Assembly (NCBI GenBank): GCA_043747615.1
Contig: JAYTOU010000093.1
Location: forward strand, 1 to 64,000
DNA length: 64,000 bases
Reading direction: 5' to 3'
Origin: Myxococcales bacterium
GTDB taxonomy: Bacteria; Myxococcota_A; Polyangia; Polyangiales; Polyangiaceae
The notes under the pieces are model-generated. The model ran no database searches, was not told where the DNA came from, and saw only the letters and a program-made list of their open reading frames with translations. Of this stretch, positions 47,714 to 58,396 are shown piece by piece; the first letter of the stretch is position 1, and each line of letters opens with the position of its first letter. The position numbers were made by a program, and so were the translations under genes.

Positions 47714-50113
47714 ATGCCTTGGAAACTACGGAGGCTCGCTGCCGCTTCCCTCACCTACGCGATCGCCTTCGTTGCTCCGGCGCGCGCATCGACCGAAGCC
47801 GTCTCGCCGCCCGCCGGAGGGCTCGGGGCCATCGCGGTCACCGTGGATCTCACGGCCGGGGTCGTTCGCTACAACGGTGCATCGCTTCCGATCGCCCTCG
47901 ATCGAAAGCTCTTTCCCGAGGCGCGCGAGGTGAACGTCACCGTCGTTATGATCGGCGACAAGCATGTCGTTCACGTGCGCATTCCGGCAAAGACCGACGC
48001 GGTCGACAAAATCGCGTTCGAGGCGGTGATCGCCGCGAGCGGTGTCCTCTTCTCCGGGCTCACGGGTCTCGTCGAGGGGCAGCCCGGCGATCGCACCGGA
48101 GTCGCCGTCCAGATCGAGGGCACGCTGCTCGTGGGCGACGTGCGTGAGGACCTCCGTATCTGCGGGCAAGACACGACGCTCCTTTCGCCTCGCGGGCTCG
48201 ATCCGAAGACCATGACCTTCGTCGGCGCAGGCTTTCAGCGCCTTCCGTCATCGCAGCGCGCGGGGGCACAGCTTATCGTCGCAAGCGCAAACGCGTCACC
48301 GACGGATCCCCCCCTCGCGCAGCTGCTCGTCGTCGCTGGCGCGAGCACGGCCATCGGGAGTCCCGCGTCGCTCGTGGATGGAGACCCGAAGACCGCGTGG
48401 GCCGAAGGGCGGCCGAGCGCAGGAGCAGGGGAATTCGTGCTCTTTCGTGGTCCGGGCGAGGTACCCCTGACGCGCGTGACGCTCACGATCGCCGCGACGC
48501 CGACGAGCGCAACGGGCGCCGCGCCCAAGAAGTTTTTCATCGTCACCGACGCGCGCACGTATGCGGTCACGATGCCTCAGGATGCGTGGCTCTATCCGGG
48601 CTCCTCGTACGACGTCGTTTTTCCCGAACCAGTGCGCGGCTCGTGTATGGCCATCGTGCTCGACGAAGCCTACGCGCGCGGACAGGCACACCCCGAGGTC
48701 ACGATCGCAGAGGTGACGGCCTACAGCGAATTCGATGCACCCGGCGCAACGCTCGACACCGTCGCCAAGGCCCTCTCCGGCGGCGGCGCGCGCGCGGACG
48801 CGGCGGCGGGTGTGCTCAAACGAGCCAAAAACGGGCTCGATCCCGTGCTTCACGTGTGGAGCTCCCTCGATGCATCGGGGCGCGCTCTCGCGACGGATGT
48901 GGCCTTGACTGCGCCGTGCGAGACGAGCGCGCCGCTCCTCATTCGCGCGATGGGCGACGCGGATCGTGAGGTCGCGCGCAAGGGTCGCGGGAAGCTCGAG
49001 CGGTGTGGGAGGGCGGCGGGGCCTGCACTGGTCGATGCGCTCAAGGAGCCGGACTTCCCGCGCCGGATTCTGGTCGCGCCGCTCCTGGCGACGGTGGCTC
49101 CCAGCTTGGCGCTCGCGCCACTCGCCGACGCGCTCGGTCAGGGTCCGCCGAAGGTACAGGCGGAGGTTCGGGGGGCACTCGCGCGCGTCGCGCGTACCGC
49201 AGATGCGGCGAAGCTCGCGGCGTTGGTGGCGGACACTCGTCGCGATGATCCGGTGCGCATCGATCTCTTGCGGGCATGCGGTGCGCGGCTTGGAGAGATT
49301 CGTCCGCAAGCCGATGCTGCGATCGCCGATCTCCTTCGAAATCCGGCCTCGATGCGCACGCGGTACCTTCTTCTTGGGCCGCTTGCGGAGCTCGCGCATA
49401 CGGGCGACACCGACGCCGCTTCGCGCTTCTCCGCTCTTCTGACCAGAGACCCGGAGCCCGCCGTGCGCGCGCACGCAGCCGAGCTGGCATCGAAGACCGC
49501 GCTGCCTGCGGTGCAAGCCGAGCTCGTCGCGCGTCTCGACGATCCGGAGCCTCGCGTGCGTGAAGCGGCGCTGCAATCGATCTCGCAACAGCACCTCGCG
49601 ATCGCGGCGCCGAAAGTGGAAGCAGTGATGAAGCGCGATGCGTGGACGTTCGTGCGCGCAGGATCAGCAAGCGCTCTCGCATCGATGCCGCCCAACTCGG
49701 AGATCGATGGCGCGCTTGGCTCGTCATTGAAGCAAGACACGTCCCCTCGGGTGCGCACGGCCGCGATCGACGCGCTCGCCGCGCGTCACGCGGTGTCCTT
49801 TGTTGGCCCGGTGCGGGAGCGGCTTGCCGACGTACACGAGAGGGCCGACGTGAGGACTGCAGCAGCCCACGCCCTCGGCGAAATGTGCGATCGAGGCTCA
49901 CTCGATTCCCTGGAAGCCCTCGCGGCAAAAGCGGCCTCACCCGTGGCGAGCGAATCGGAGACCGCCCTCGGCCTTGCCGCGATCGAGGCACTTGGTCACC
50001 TTCATCCCGCCGATCTCGATCGACGCTTCCGAACGCTGAGCGCGAGCGACGTACCGGCGGAAGCGCGGCGCGCGGTCGATCACGCGCTCAAAGCGCAGGC
50101 TGTCTGCCGCTGA
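47714..50113 (+). CDS. Exported protein with discoidin/F5-8C-like domain and HEAT repeats
   Basis: Signal peptide, LVDGDPKTAW, then DPEPAVRAHAA / DPEPRVREAA / DTSPRVRTAA repeats. Confidence 0.8.
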   Translation: MPWKLRRLAAASLTYAIAFVAPARASTEAVSPPAGGLGAIAVTVDLTAGVVRYNGASLPIALDRKLFPEAREVNVTVVMIGDKHVVHVRIPAKTDAVDKIAFEAVIAASGVLFSGLTGLVEGQPGDRTGVAVQIEGTLLVGDVREDLRICGQDTTLLSPRGLDPKTMTFVGAGFQRLPSSQRAGAQLIVASANASPTDPPLAQLLVVAGASTAIGSPASLVDGDPKTAWAEGRPSAGAGEFVLFRGPGEVPLTRVTLTIAATPTSATGAAPKKFFIVTDARTYAVTMPQDAWLYPGSSYDVVFPEPVRGSCMAIVLDEAYARGQAHPEVTIAEVTAYSEFDAPGATLDTVAKALSGGGARADAAAGVLKRAKNGLDPVLHVWSSLDASGRALATDVALTAPCETSAPLLIRAMGDADREVARKGRGKLERCGRAAGPALVDALKEPDFPRRILVAPLLATVAPSLALAPLADALGQGPPKVQAEVRGALARVARTADAAKLAALVADTRRDDPVRIDLLRACGARLGEIRPQADAAIADLLRNPASMRTRYLLLGPLAELAHTGDTDAASRFSALLTRDPEPAVRAHAAELASKTALPAVQAELVARLDDPEPRVREAALQSISQQHLAIAAPKVEAVMKRDAWTFVRAGSASALASMPPNSEIDGALGSSLKQDTSPRVRTAAIDALAARHAVSFVGPVRERLADVHERADVRTAAAHALGEMCDRGSLDSLEALAAKAASPVASESETALGLAAIEALGHLHPADLDRRFRTLSASDVPAEARRAVDHALKAQAVCR

Positions 50114-50150
50114 AACTCTGGCGCCATTCGCGCCGCGAACTTCGGATCGA

Positions 50151-50873
50151 CTATCCGCGCCCGGTGGGTGCGTTGGTGCCGCCGGCCATCTGGCCCTTGC
50201 TCTTCTTCAGCGTGAAGAAGGCGATGACCAGCCCCATCAGCAAGAAGACGAGCGCGATCCACCTGCCGAATTTTTGCTTGCCGAAGTCTTCGAGGCTTCC
50301 GCCTGCCCCGTTCTGCTTGGCCGCCCACGCTGCTTCGTCGGACGTAAGGACGCGGCCACCTCCGTAGGCTGATCCGCCGCCGCCGCCGCCGCCTCCGCCG
50401 CCACCACCTTTGTTTACGACCGCGCCCGCACCCTGGGTGCTCGTGGCAACCTGAGCTTTCTCACCAACCGCGGATCGGCCTCCGCCTCCGCCGCCCCTGC
50501 CGCCTCCTCCGCCGCCAGACGCACCCATGTTGCCGACCGCGGTGCCTCCGCCCGATGCTCCAGGGCCCGACGTGGGTCCCGTATTTCCGCCGCTCCCAGC
50601 GCCGCCTCTGTCTCCAGCGGGTCCGCCGCTGCCGGAAGTTCCGCCGGCACCGGGGGTACCCGCGCCAACGGAGCCTCCCACGGTGTTGCCGCTACCACCC
50701 GTGCCGCCGCCGACCGCGGTGCCGCCGAGCACGACCGTGGCCTTGTCGCTGGTTTTGGAAACCTGCATTCCGATCAAACGAAAAGCGCCGACCACGATTA
50801 AAAGCACCGCGACGAGCACCACACAGTACTCGGCTGCCGTGGCCCCACGTCGGTCGCGAAGAAACCGCCTCAC
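50151..50873 (-). CDS. Flp/type IVb prepilin-like N-terminus fused to Gly-rich linker and C-terminal TM
   Basis: GTG start gives MRRFLRDRRG|ATAAEYCVVLVAVLLIV; about 120 aa Gly-rich; WIALVFLLMGLVIAFF followed by KKSK. Confidence 0.75.
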   Translation of the reverse strand: MRRFLRDRRGATAAEYCVVLVAVLLIVVGAFRLIGMQVSKTSDKATVVLGGTAVGGGTGGSGNTVGGSVGAGTPGAGGTSGSGGPAGDRGGAGSGGNTGPTSGPGASGGGTAVGNMGASGGGGGGRGGGGGGRSAVGEKAQVATSTQGAGAVVNKGGGGGGGGGGGGSAYGGGRVLTSDEAAWAAKQNGAGGSLEDFGKQKFGRWIALVFLLMGLVIAFFTLKKSKGQMAGGTNAPTGRG

Positions 50874-50966
50874 CCCCCAATCATATAAGGTAAGGAGGGA
50901 CCGCGCTCGTTTTTGGATAGAAGGCCGACGATTACGCCTTTTTTGGCGCTTTGGACGAGGTTTTGA

Positions 50967-51407
50967 ATGACCGATCTCAAACGGGTGGGCCCCGCGGACG
51001 CGCACACGCTCGTCACGGGAGAGGGTTACGTTTATGTCGACGTCCGAAGCGAAGTTGAGTTTGCAGGCGGGCATCCTGCGGATGCGCTCAACGTTCCCTT
51101 CTTGCTGATGGGTGACAGCGGCCTCGTTCCGAACGCCGACTTTCTCGAGGTGATGGACGGCGCGTTTGCGAAGGACGCAAAGCTCATCCTCGGATGCAAG
51201 GGGGGCAATCGCTCTCTCCGCGCCGCGAAAGCCCTGAGCGCCGCAGGCTTCACGGACATCGTCGATCAGCTCGCCGGGTGGGACGGCGCGCGCGACGAGT
51301 TCGGGCAAATGAGCGACCCTGGTTGGTCGAGGCTCGCGCTTCCGACCGAGCACGGCGAACCCGCCGATCGCTCGTACGCCGCGCTGAGAAAAAAAACGAA
51401 AACCTGA
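50967..51407 (+). CDS. Single-domain rhodanese
   Basis: VDVRSEVEFAGGHP, GCKGGNRS, AGW. Confidence 0.88.
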   Translation: MTDLKRVGPADAHTLVTGEGYVYVDVRSEVEFAGGHPADALNVPFLLMGDSGLVPNADFLEVMDGAFAKDAKLILGCKGGNRSLRAAKALSAAGFTDIVDQLAGWDGARDEFGQMSDPGWSRLALPTEHGEPADRSYAALRKKTKT

Positions 51408-51447
51408 GCCGCGTGTGTCCGCGACGGCACGCCCTTCGTATGGGCGT

Positions 51448-52029
51448 TCAGGGAGCCTTTGCGGCGCGGTCGTAGTCGTCGGCCGCGGCATTGACCACCG
51501 CGAGATCGCGCGACGCTCGTTCGCTTTCGGCGATCAGCGCGGCGGTGAAGATCGTGAGGCCCCAGATCTGGTTGTCGCGTACGTGAAACGGGTAACGCGT
51601 GCCTCGGGCGGTGACGACGGTGGCGCGGTCGCCTGAGATCTCGGTGGCCACAACGCCCGACAGATCTTTTCGTAGGCGCACGACCCAGCCTTTGCGCGTG
51701 GCGAAGAGCGCGAAGACGTCGGGACCATCGGCGGCAGAGGCTTCTTCTGCGTAGGCTGCGAGCAGACGCGATCGCTCGGGCTCCGGGTAGCTCGCCTTGA
51801 TGCGCGTGCAGGCCTTGGCGCGCTCGTCTCGAATGGTGAACGCGGCCCACTGCGCGTCCGTCTCCAAATAGGGGAAAATAGCCTCGATTTTCCCCTCGCT
51901 GATGCTCTTCGCGATGCGCATGTACGCGCCTTCGGGCGTGCGATCCGACGGATACGGACGGTACAGTAGAGCGAAGCCGAGCGCGGCGAGCGCCAGGAAT
52001 GCAACCAGAACGAGCCATCGTTTTCGCAT
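51448..52029 (-). CDS. Membrane-anchored hypothetical protein
   Basis: N-terminal TM (MRKRWLVLVAFLALAALGFALL); protein-like body. Confidence 0.7.
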   Translation of the reverse strand: MRKRWLVLVAFLALAALGFALLYRPYPSDRTPEGAYMRIAKSISEGKIEAIFPYLETDAQWAAFTIRDERAKACTRIKASYPEPERSRLLAAYAEEASAADGPDVFALFATRKGWVVRLRKDLSGVVATEISGDRATVVTARGTRYPFHVRDNQIWGLTIFTAALIAESERASRDLAVVNAAADDYDRAAKAP

Positions 52030-52058
52030 GCTTCGCACGCGTGATACTACACGCCGCC

Positions 52059-52787
52059 ATGCTCGAAGGCGCACGCGTCATCGCCGTCGTCCCCGCGTTC
52101 GAGGAAGCAGAGCGGATTGCCCGAGTGGTCTCGTCCATGCCCGCATGCGTCGATCACATCCTTGTCGTAGACGACGCCAGCCGCGACGAAACTTCCGTGC
52201 GTGCGTGCGCTGTCCGCGACCCCCGTCTCGAAGTCATCGTCCACGAAAAAAACTTGGGTGTCGGTGCGGCCATCGTCACTGGTTACCGCCGAGCCATGCA
52301 GCTCACGCGGCAGCCACGCGACGTGTTCGTGGTCATGGCGGGCGATGGACAAATGGATCCCCACGATCTCCCGCGGGTGGTCTCGCCGGTCGCTTCGGGG
52401 CGAGCGGGTTACGTGAAGGGAAACCGTTTCTCCTCCCCGGGCGCCTGGCGCGTGATGCCGCTCCAGAGGCGTGTCGGGGGTGAGATTTTCTCGCGCCTCA
52501 CCTCGCGCGCCATCGGCGTTCCCATCTCCGACAGCCAGTGCGGCTACACGGCGATCTCCCGCGACGTTTGCGGAGCCCTTGATTTAGATGCGCTGTGGCC
52601 GCGCTACGGGTACCCGAACGATCTGCTCGCCAAGCTCGCGCGCGCAGGTGTGGTGATCGAAGAGGTCACCGTTCGGCCGATCTACGCGGGAGAAAAAAGT
52701 CACCTTCGGGTGTGGCACCTCGCGCGGATAGTGCACCTCGTGGGCCGCGCGTGGATCGAGCGAGCTAGGCGAGAGCGCGATCAATGA
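52059..52787 (+). CDS. GT2 glycosyltransferase, DPM1-like
   Basis: [38 protein letters not shown]. Confidence 0.88.
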   Translation: MLEGARVIAVVPAFEEAERIARVVSSMPACVDHILVVDDASRDETSVRACAVRDPRLEVIVHEKNLGVGAAIVTGYRRAMQLTRQPRDVFVVMAGDGQMDPHDLPRVVSPVASGRAGYVKGNRFSSPGAWRVMPLQRRVGGEIFSRLTSRAIGVPISDSQCGYTAISRDVCGALDLDALWPRYGYPNDLLAKLARAGVVIEEVTVRPIYAGEKSHLRVWHLARIVHLVGRAWIERARRERDQ

Positions 52788-54060
52788 TCGAGGGAACATG
52801 AGCAAGGGCGTGGCCGAGGTCGAAGCAAGCGCCCAGCTTTTCTGCGCTGAGCCGCTTGGTGACGTCGCCGTCGTTCGCGAGGTTGTCCCGAAACTTTCCA
52901 TTGCCGCCCCACGCCTTCATCGCGTTGCGCTGGACGAGCACGTACGCCTCCTGGCGGGGCATCCCGGCGTCGACGAGTGCGAGGAGCACGCCCTCCGAGA
53001 AATAAAGCTCTTCGGCGCGATCGATGTTTCGCTTTAGGTGCTCGGGATAAACCACCAACCCTTCCACGAGAGAAGCGGCGCGATCGAGCATCAACGCAAG
53101 GATGCTCGTCGCGTCGGGAGCAATCATCCGCTCGACCGACGAATGCGAGATGTCGCGCTCGTGCCACAAGGAGACGTTCTCGAGGGCCGGCACCACCGCC
53201 GCACGCACCACGCGCGCGAGGCCGCACAGGTTCTCGCTGAGAATGGGATTTCGTTTGTGAGGCATCGCGCTCGAGCCTTTCTGCCCGACCGTGAAGGGCT
53301 CCTCCGCCTCCGCCACCTCGGAGCGCTGCCAATGGCGAACGTTCGTCGCGAAGCGCTCGATACCTGCCGCGAGGAGCGCGAGGGCTGCGAAAAATGCCGC
53401 GTGCCGATCGCGCGCCACGATCTGGGTGGCGACCGTTTCTCGCTCGAGACCGAGCATACCGAGCGCGCGCTGTTCGATCTCCGGAGAAAGGTGCGCGTAG
53501 GTACCGACGGCGCCCGCGATTTTTCCGACCGCGATCTCGCGCTTGGCGGCTTCCAAGCGTGCTTTTCCGCGGGAGATCTCGGCATGGTGCCCGGCGAGCG
53601 CAAGGCCGAAGGTGGTCGGCTCGGCGAAGATTCCGTGGCTCCTTCCGATCATCGGTGTCGTCGCGAACTCGCGCGCGCGCTTCGCGAAGCCGGCGAGGAG
53701 ACGATCGCAGCGCACGAGGAGAAGACTCGCTGCATCGCGCAACAGAATGGCGAGCGCCGAATCGAGCACGTCACTCGAGGTCATGCCCCGATGGAGAAAC
53801 CGCGCGTCGATCCCCGCGAGCTCTTCCACGTGAGTGAGAAACGCTATGACGTCGTGCTTGGTCGTCTTCTCGATCTCGTCGATTCGCGCGGCATCGAGCT
53901 GGAGCTTCTTGTCGCGAATGCGCGCCGCAATCCCGGTGGGCACGAGGCCCGCTTCTTCCATCGCAGCACATGCCGCGAGCTCGACCTCGAGCCAGCACTC
54001 GAAGCGCCGCTCGGGTGACCAAAGAACAGCAAAGTCAGACGGCGTGTAACGAGGAATCAT
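52765..54060 (-). CDS. purB: Adenylosuccinate lyase
   Basis: [46 protein letters not shown]. Confidence 0.97.
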   Translation of the reverse strand: MIPRYTPSDFAVLWSPERRFECWLEVELAACAAMEEAGLVPTGIAARIRDKKLQLDAARIDEIEKTTKHDVIAFLTHVEELAGIDARFLHRGMTSSDVLDSALAILLRDAASLLLVRCDRLLAGFAKRAREFATTPMIGRSHGIFAEPTTFGLALAGHHAEISRGKARLEAAKREIAVGKIAGAVGTYAHLSPEIEQRALGMLGLERETVATQIVARDRHAAFFAALALLAAGIERFATNVRHWQRSEVAEAEEPFTVGQKGSSAMPHKRNPILSENLCGLARVVRAAVVPALENVSLWHERDISHSSVERMIAPDATSILALMLDRAASLVEGLVVYPEHLKRNIDRAEELYFSEGVLLALVDAGMPRQEAYVLVQRNAMKAWGGNGKFRDNLANDGDVTKRLSAEKLGACFDLGHALAHVPSIIDRALA

Positions 54061-54207
54061 GGGGTTTTCTACATCTACCCACTCATTGCAAAGTGCAAGA
54101 CTGCTCGTAGTCTTTTATGTGTTTCGCAGGCCGCGCTCCGATTCTCTCGGACGTGCGTCGGCCTTCGGGGCTCCTCAGCCACGGCGGGCGCGGTCGCTAG
54201 GCCAAGG

Positions 54208-56391
54208 CTAATTTTTGTAGAAGCGTTCGTTCTTCTTCGCCATGTCGACGAGCACGGGCGCGGGCGTCCATCTCTTGCCGAAGCGATCGAAGTAACCCTG
54301 GACGCGCCGGAGCACTTCCGACGCGCCGATGGTGTCGACGTACCGGAAGGGCCCTCCGCGGAACGGAGGAAATCCGAGGCCGAAGATCGCGCCGATGTCG
54401 CCGTCGCGTGGGCTGCGCAGAAGCCCTTCGCCGTAGCAAAGGAGCGCTTCGTTCACGAACTGTAGTGAGCAGCGCATCTGAATCTCTTCGACCGGCAGCT
54501 TCGCTTTGGGCTCGATTCCCAGCGTCTTGTAGATGCTGACGTCGACCTCCTTCTTCCCCTTCTTGGCGTTCTGTCCGTAGAGGTAGAAGCCGCGCTCGTT
54601 CTTGCGACCCTTGCGGTTGTCGGCGACGAGCTTGGAAATCGTCGGAGGAGGGGTGAGGCGTTCACCGAACTCGGCGACCATGATCGGGCCGACGTGAGCG
54701 GCGACGTCGATGCCCACTTCGTCGAGGAGGGTGATCGGACCGACCGGCCAGCCCCAGTCGACCAGCGCCTTGTCGATCACCTCGATGGGGGCGCCTTCGG
54801 TGAGGATGTACGAAGCCTCGTTCATGTACGGACCGAGGATGCGGCTGGTGTAGAAGCCGACGCCGTCCTTCACCACGATGACGGTTTTGCCCTGCTTTTT
54901 CCCGAGTGCGACGGCAGCAGCGATGACGTGCGGCGCGGTCTTATCGGTACGAATCACTTCGAGGAGCGGCATCTTGTGAACGGGGCTGAAGTAATGCATT
55001 CCCACGACGTTCTCGGGGCGCTTCGAGGCCTCGGCGATCTTCGTGATCGGGATCGAGGAGGTGTTGGAGGCGAAGATGCAGCTCGGCTTGGAGACCTTCT
55101 CCACGTCCCTCACCACGTTTTGCTTGAGGGTGAGATCTTCGAATACGGCTTCGATGACGATGTCCGCGCTGTGGACCCCCGAGTAGTCGGTGGTGGCCGT
55201 GAGGCGGGCGAACGTCTGGTCGCGCTCTTCTCTGGTGAGCTGCTTTTTCTTCACGCGCTCGTCGAGAATCTCGCGCACGTACTTCAGACCGCGACCGACG
55301 CCGGCGTCGTCCCTGTCCTTCAGGCGCACCGGAATGCCCGCGTTCATCGTGACGTAGGCGATGCCGCCGCCCATGAGGCCGCCGCCGAGCATGACCACGC
55401 GCTCGGGGAGAGCGCCCTTTACGCTGGGATCGTCGGTGCCGTTGTCCTTCTTCAGCGCGGTCGTGGCGAAGAAGATCTCGATGAGACGATTGGAGGTCTC
55501 GCTGACCACGAGCTCACCGAAGAATTTGCCTTCCTGCTCCGCCGCAGCATCAAACCCGCGGTTTCCAAAGGTCTCGAGGACGTCGATGATCCGCTCCGTC
55601 GCCGGATAATGACCCCGCGTCTTTTTGCGTGTGGCCTCGCGCGCCTTCTTAAAGAGGAGCTTGCGTCCGGCAGGATTTTTCTCGAGCGCGAACGTGGTGA
55701 GATTGGCCACGAAGTTTCCCTGCTTCTTCGGGGGGGTCACGCCGTTCGCGATGCGATCCCTAACCATCTTGGTCGCGACCTGGAGGAGCACCGGGGCTGG
55801 GCACACCTCGTCGATCAAGCCGAGCTTCTTCGCTTTGGCGGCGCGGGTATTTTTTCCCGTGAGTCCGAGGTCGAGCGCGGTCTGGAGGCCGGAGCGTTCT
55901 GCTACGCGAAGGAGGCCGTTGGCGCCGGGAATCAGACCGAGCTGCACTTCGGGAAGACCGAGCTGCGTCTTCTTGTCGTCGGTGGCGACGATCGCATGGC
56001 AGGCGAGCGCGAGCTCGAATCCGCCCCCGAGCGCCTGGCCGTTGATCGCCGCGATGATCGGTTTTTTCAGGTGTTTGATGCGGGCAAGTCCCTTCGCGAG
56101 CTCTCGCGACATCCGCTCGGCATCGGCGGCAAGCTTGATGGACGTGAGCATCTCGATGTTGGCGCCGACGACGAAATCTTTTTTTCCGCTGGTGATGATC
56201 GCGCCCTTGATTTCGGGGTCCTTCTCGACGCGATCGAGCGCGGCGGCAAACTCCTCGCCGAAGCCGAGCGTGATGGTGTTCAGTGCCTCGCTCGGATCGT
56301 CGATGGTGACGATCGCGATCCCGTCGCGCACCTCGGTGGAGATGATCTTCTTGCCTATGCTCTTGCCGCTCACTGCCGCTGACGTGCTCAT
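54208..56391 (-). CDS. fadJ: Fatty-acid oxidation complex alpha subunit
   Basis: Enoyl-CoA hydratase ([15 protein letters not shown]) plus 3-hydroxyacyl-CoA dehydrogenase ([26 protein letters not shown]). Confidence 0.93.
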   Translation of the reverse strand: MSTSAAVSGKSIGKKIISTEVRDGIAIVTIDDPSEALNTITLGFGEEFAAALDRVEKDPEIKGAIITSGKKDFVVGANIEMLTSIKLAADAERMSRELAKGLARIKHLKKPIIAAINGQALGGGFELALACHAIVATDDKKTQLGLPEVQLGLIPGANGLLRVAERSGLQTALDLGLTGKNTRAAKAKKLGLIDEVCPAPVLLQVATKMVRDRIANGVTPPKKQGNFVANLTTFALEKNPAGRKLLFKKAREATRKKTRGHYPATERIIDVLETFGNRGFDAAAEQEGKFFGELVVSETSNRLIEIFFATTALKKDNGTDDPSVKGALPERVVMLGGGLMGGGIAYVTMNAGIPVRLKDRDDAGVGRGLKYVREILDERVKKKQLTREERDQTFARLTATTDYSGVHSADIVIEAVFEDLTLKQNVVRDVEKVSKPSCIFASNTSSIPITKIAEASKRPENVVGMHYFSPVHKMPLLEVIRTDKTAPHVIAAAVALGKKQGKTVIVVKDGVGFYTSRILGPYMNEASYILTEGAPIEVIDKALVDWGWPVGPITLLDEVGIDVAAHVGPIMVAEFGERLTPPPTISKLVADNRKGRKNERGFYLYGQNAKKGKKEVDVSIYKTLGIEPKAKLPVEEIQMRCSLQFVNEALLCYGEGLLRSPRDGDIGAIFGLGFPPFRGGPFRYVDTIGASEVLRRVQGYFDRFGKRWTPAPVLVDMAKKNERFYKN

Positions 56392-57713
56392 TCGCCCACC
56401 TCCAACACCATTGCTGCGCCCAAACCGCCGGCTGCACACGCCGTAGCGAGGCCAAATTGGCCGCCGCGTCGTTTCAGCTCGTGAAGCACCGTCGTCACCA
56501 TCCGCGCGCCGGTGGCCGCGAAAGGATGACCGATGGAGAGCGAGCCGCCGTGAACGTTGAATTTGCTGTCGTCGATTTCGCCGATGGCCTCGCTCCGCCC
56601 GAGCTTTTCTTCGGCGAACTTCTTGGAGGCGAACGCGTTCGTGTTGCAGAGGACCTGCGCGGCAAAGGCCTCGTGCATGTCGATCAGATCCATGTCTTTG
56701 AGCTTCAACCCAGCGCGATCGAGCGCCATGGGCGTTGCGTAGCTCGGGCCCATGAGCATCCATCCATTCGGATCGAGCGCGGCGTACGCCCAGGAGCGGA
56801 GGTAGCCGAGCGGCTTGTAGCCGAGGGCCTTCGCCTTCGACTCGGTCATCAAGATGAGCGCACTGGCGCCGTCGGTGAGGGGAGACGAGTTGCCGGCGGT
56901 GACCGTGCCGAACCGGCGATCGAAAACCGGCTTCAGCTTGGCGTAGCCCTCGACGGTCGAATCCTTGCGGACGTTGTTGTCTTCGGCGATGGGAGCGTCG
57001 TAGCGCGGTGCGGGGACTACGTGCATCACCTCTTGTTCGAACACGCCGGACTTCCAGGCTTCGGCCGCCTTGGTGTGGCTGCGGTTGGCGAACACGTCTT
57101 GGGCTTCGCGGCTGATGCCCGCTTCTTTCGCCATTTTTTCAGCGCTTTCGCCCATGGTCAGGCCGGTGGTCGGCTCTTTCAAGGCCGGCGGGACGGGGAT
57201 GAAATCACGCGGTGAAAGCTTGCTGAAGATCTTGATCTTGCCGCCGACGGTCTTCGCCTTCGAGACGTCGACGAGTGCATTCGCGAGGCGTTTGGAGACG
57301 GAGATCGGTACGTCGCTCGCGCTGTCTGCGCCGCCGGTGATCGCCACGTCGTGTTGACCGGCGAGCATGGCTTCGGCTGCACTGGTCATGGACTGGAACG
57401 ACGTCGCGCACGCGCGGCTCACGCTGAAGGCTTCGATGGTCTTGGGGATCGCTGTCCCGAGCACGATCTCGCGGGCGATGTTCGGCGCACTCAGGGACGG
57501 CACCACCTGGCCGTACACGCAGAGGCCGATCTCTTTCGGATTGAGCTCACTTCGCGCCAGGATCTCCGAGACCACCGTCCTGCCGAGATCGAGCGCGCTC
57601 ATGTCGCGGTAGGCCGTTCCCGATTTCGCAAACGGGGTGCGGAGCCCCGCGACGATGGCGATCCGCTCGCCCGACTTCTGTTTCCCGTTGCCGTTGCCGT
57701 TGGTCTTGGCCAT
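56388..57713 (-). CDS. fadI: Acetyl-CoA C-acyltransferase (thiolase), FadI-type
   Basis: [31 protein letters not shown]-coupled to fadJ. Confidence 0.93.
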   Translation of the reverse strand: MAKTNGNGNGKQKSGERIAIVAGLRTPFAKSGTAYRDMSALDLGRTVVSEILARSELNPKEIGLCVYGQVVPSLSAPNIAREIVLGTAIPKTIEAFSVSRACATSFQSMTSAAEAMLAGQHDVAITGGADSASDVPISVSKRLANALVDVSKAKTVGGKIKIFSKLSPRDFIPVPPALKEPTTGLTMGESAEKMAKEAGISREAQDVFANRSHTKAAEAWKSGVFEQEVMHVVPAPRYDAPIAEDNNVRKDSTVEGYAKLKPVFDRRFGTVTAGNSSPLTDGASALILMTESKAKALGYKPLGYLRSWAYAALDPNGWMLMGPSYATPMALDRAGLKLKDMDLIDMHEAFAAQVLCNTNAFASKKFAEEKLGRSEAIGEIDDSKFNVHGGSLSIGHPFAATGARMVTTVLHELKRRGGQFGLATACAAGGLGAAMVLEVGE

Positions 57714-57782
57714 GGAGGTAGCTCCTTCGTAATTCTTGTCAGCCCGTACGTAGTCCATCTCGGAGGATGAGACACGAGGGAA

Positions 57783-57831
57783 TGAATGACGGTTCAGTTG
57801 TCACCCTGGATCCCGTGACGCGTTGTGTCAA
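57783..57831 (-). promoter_or_regulatory. Putative fadI-fadJ promoter with overlapping operator-like palindromes
   Basis: Minus strand TTGACA-N17-CAGGGT, followed by TGAA-N6-TTCA (57783-57796). Confidence 0.5.
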
Positions 57832-57926
57832 GCGCTGGATTTCCAGCAGCAGGGAGGGGGGTTTTGGGCGCCGGCGCGAAGCTGTGCTAATCGCTGTCCC
57901 CTCTTTCGGCGAAAGGTGCTGTCCCG

Positions 57927-58364
57927 ATGTCCACGCTTTCCGAAGTTCTCAACGGCGACAAGAAGGCCCTGGTGGTCGAGGATTGCCTCGCGCTCATCGA
58001 TGCGGAGGTCAAGGACAAGTCGGGCATCTCGGGGCTCGCCATCAAAGCCGGCTACGGCGCGGTCAAAGGGGTAAAGCCTGGCTTCATCAAGCAAGCGGTG
58101 ACCGACCTTCTCCCCGAGTTCGCGAAAGCGCTCCAACCGCTCCACGACGAAGCAGTGACCGAGAAGAAGCCGGTAGCGGATTTCTTCGCCTCGAACAGCG
58201 GAAGAGTCGCGGACGCGCTCCTCGCTATCACCGACGCCAAGGCCGCGCGCTCGAAGAGCGGCGTCGTCAAAGGGACGTACGAGAAGCTCCGCGGTACCGC
58301 CAAAAAGAACGTCGAGGCGGCGGTGCCGCGGCTCGGACGGATGATCGAGAAGCACGCCGGCTGA
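57927..58364 (+). CDS. Conserved hypothetical all-helical protein (DUF6918-like)
   Basis: LIDAEV..KSGISGLAIK.GY, ADALLAITD, YEKLR; family name from recall only. Confidence 0.75.
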   Translation: MSTLSEVLNGDKKALVVEDCLALIDAEVKDKSGISGLAIKAGYGAVKGVKPGFIKQAVTDLLPEFAKALQPLHDEAVTEKKPVADFFASNSGRVADALLAITDAKAARSKSGVVKGTYEKLRGTAKKNVEAAVPRLGRMIEKHAG

Positions 58365-58396
58365 ACGTCGGACACCCCACGAGGCTCGACGAAACG

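Noticed and set aside
50874..51491. N-terminal extension of the 446-aa ORF 50151-51491
   Set aside because: It overlaps the rhodanese gene on the other strand. The pilin leader indicates a start at GTG 50873.
57767..58396. N-terminal extension of the response-regulator ORF (similar over-extensions at 4038-5666, 8903, 42562, 47450, 54208-56763)
   Set aside because: These extensions overlap other well-supported genes. Downstream starts match the domain boundaries.
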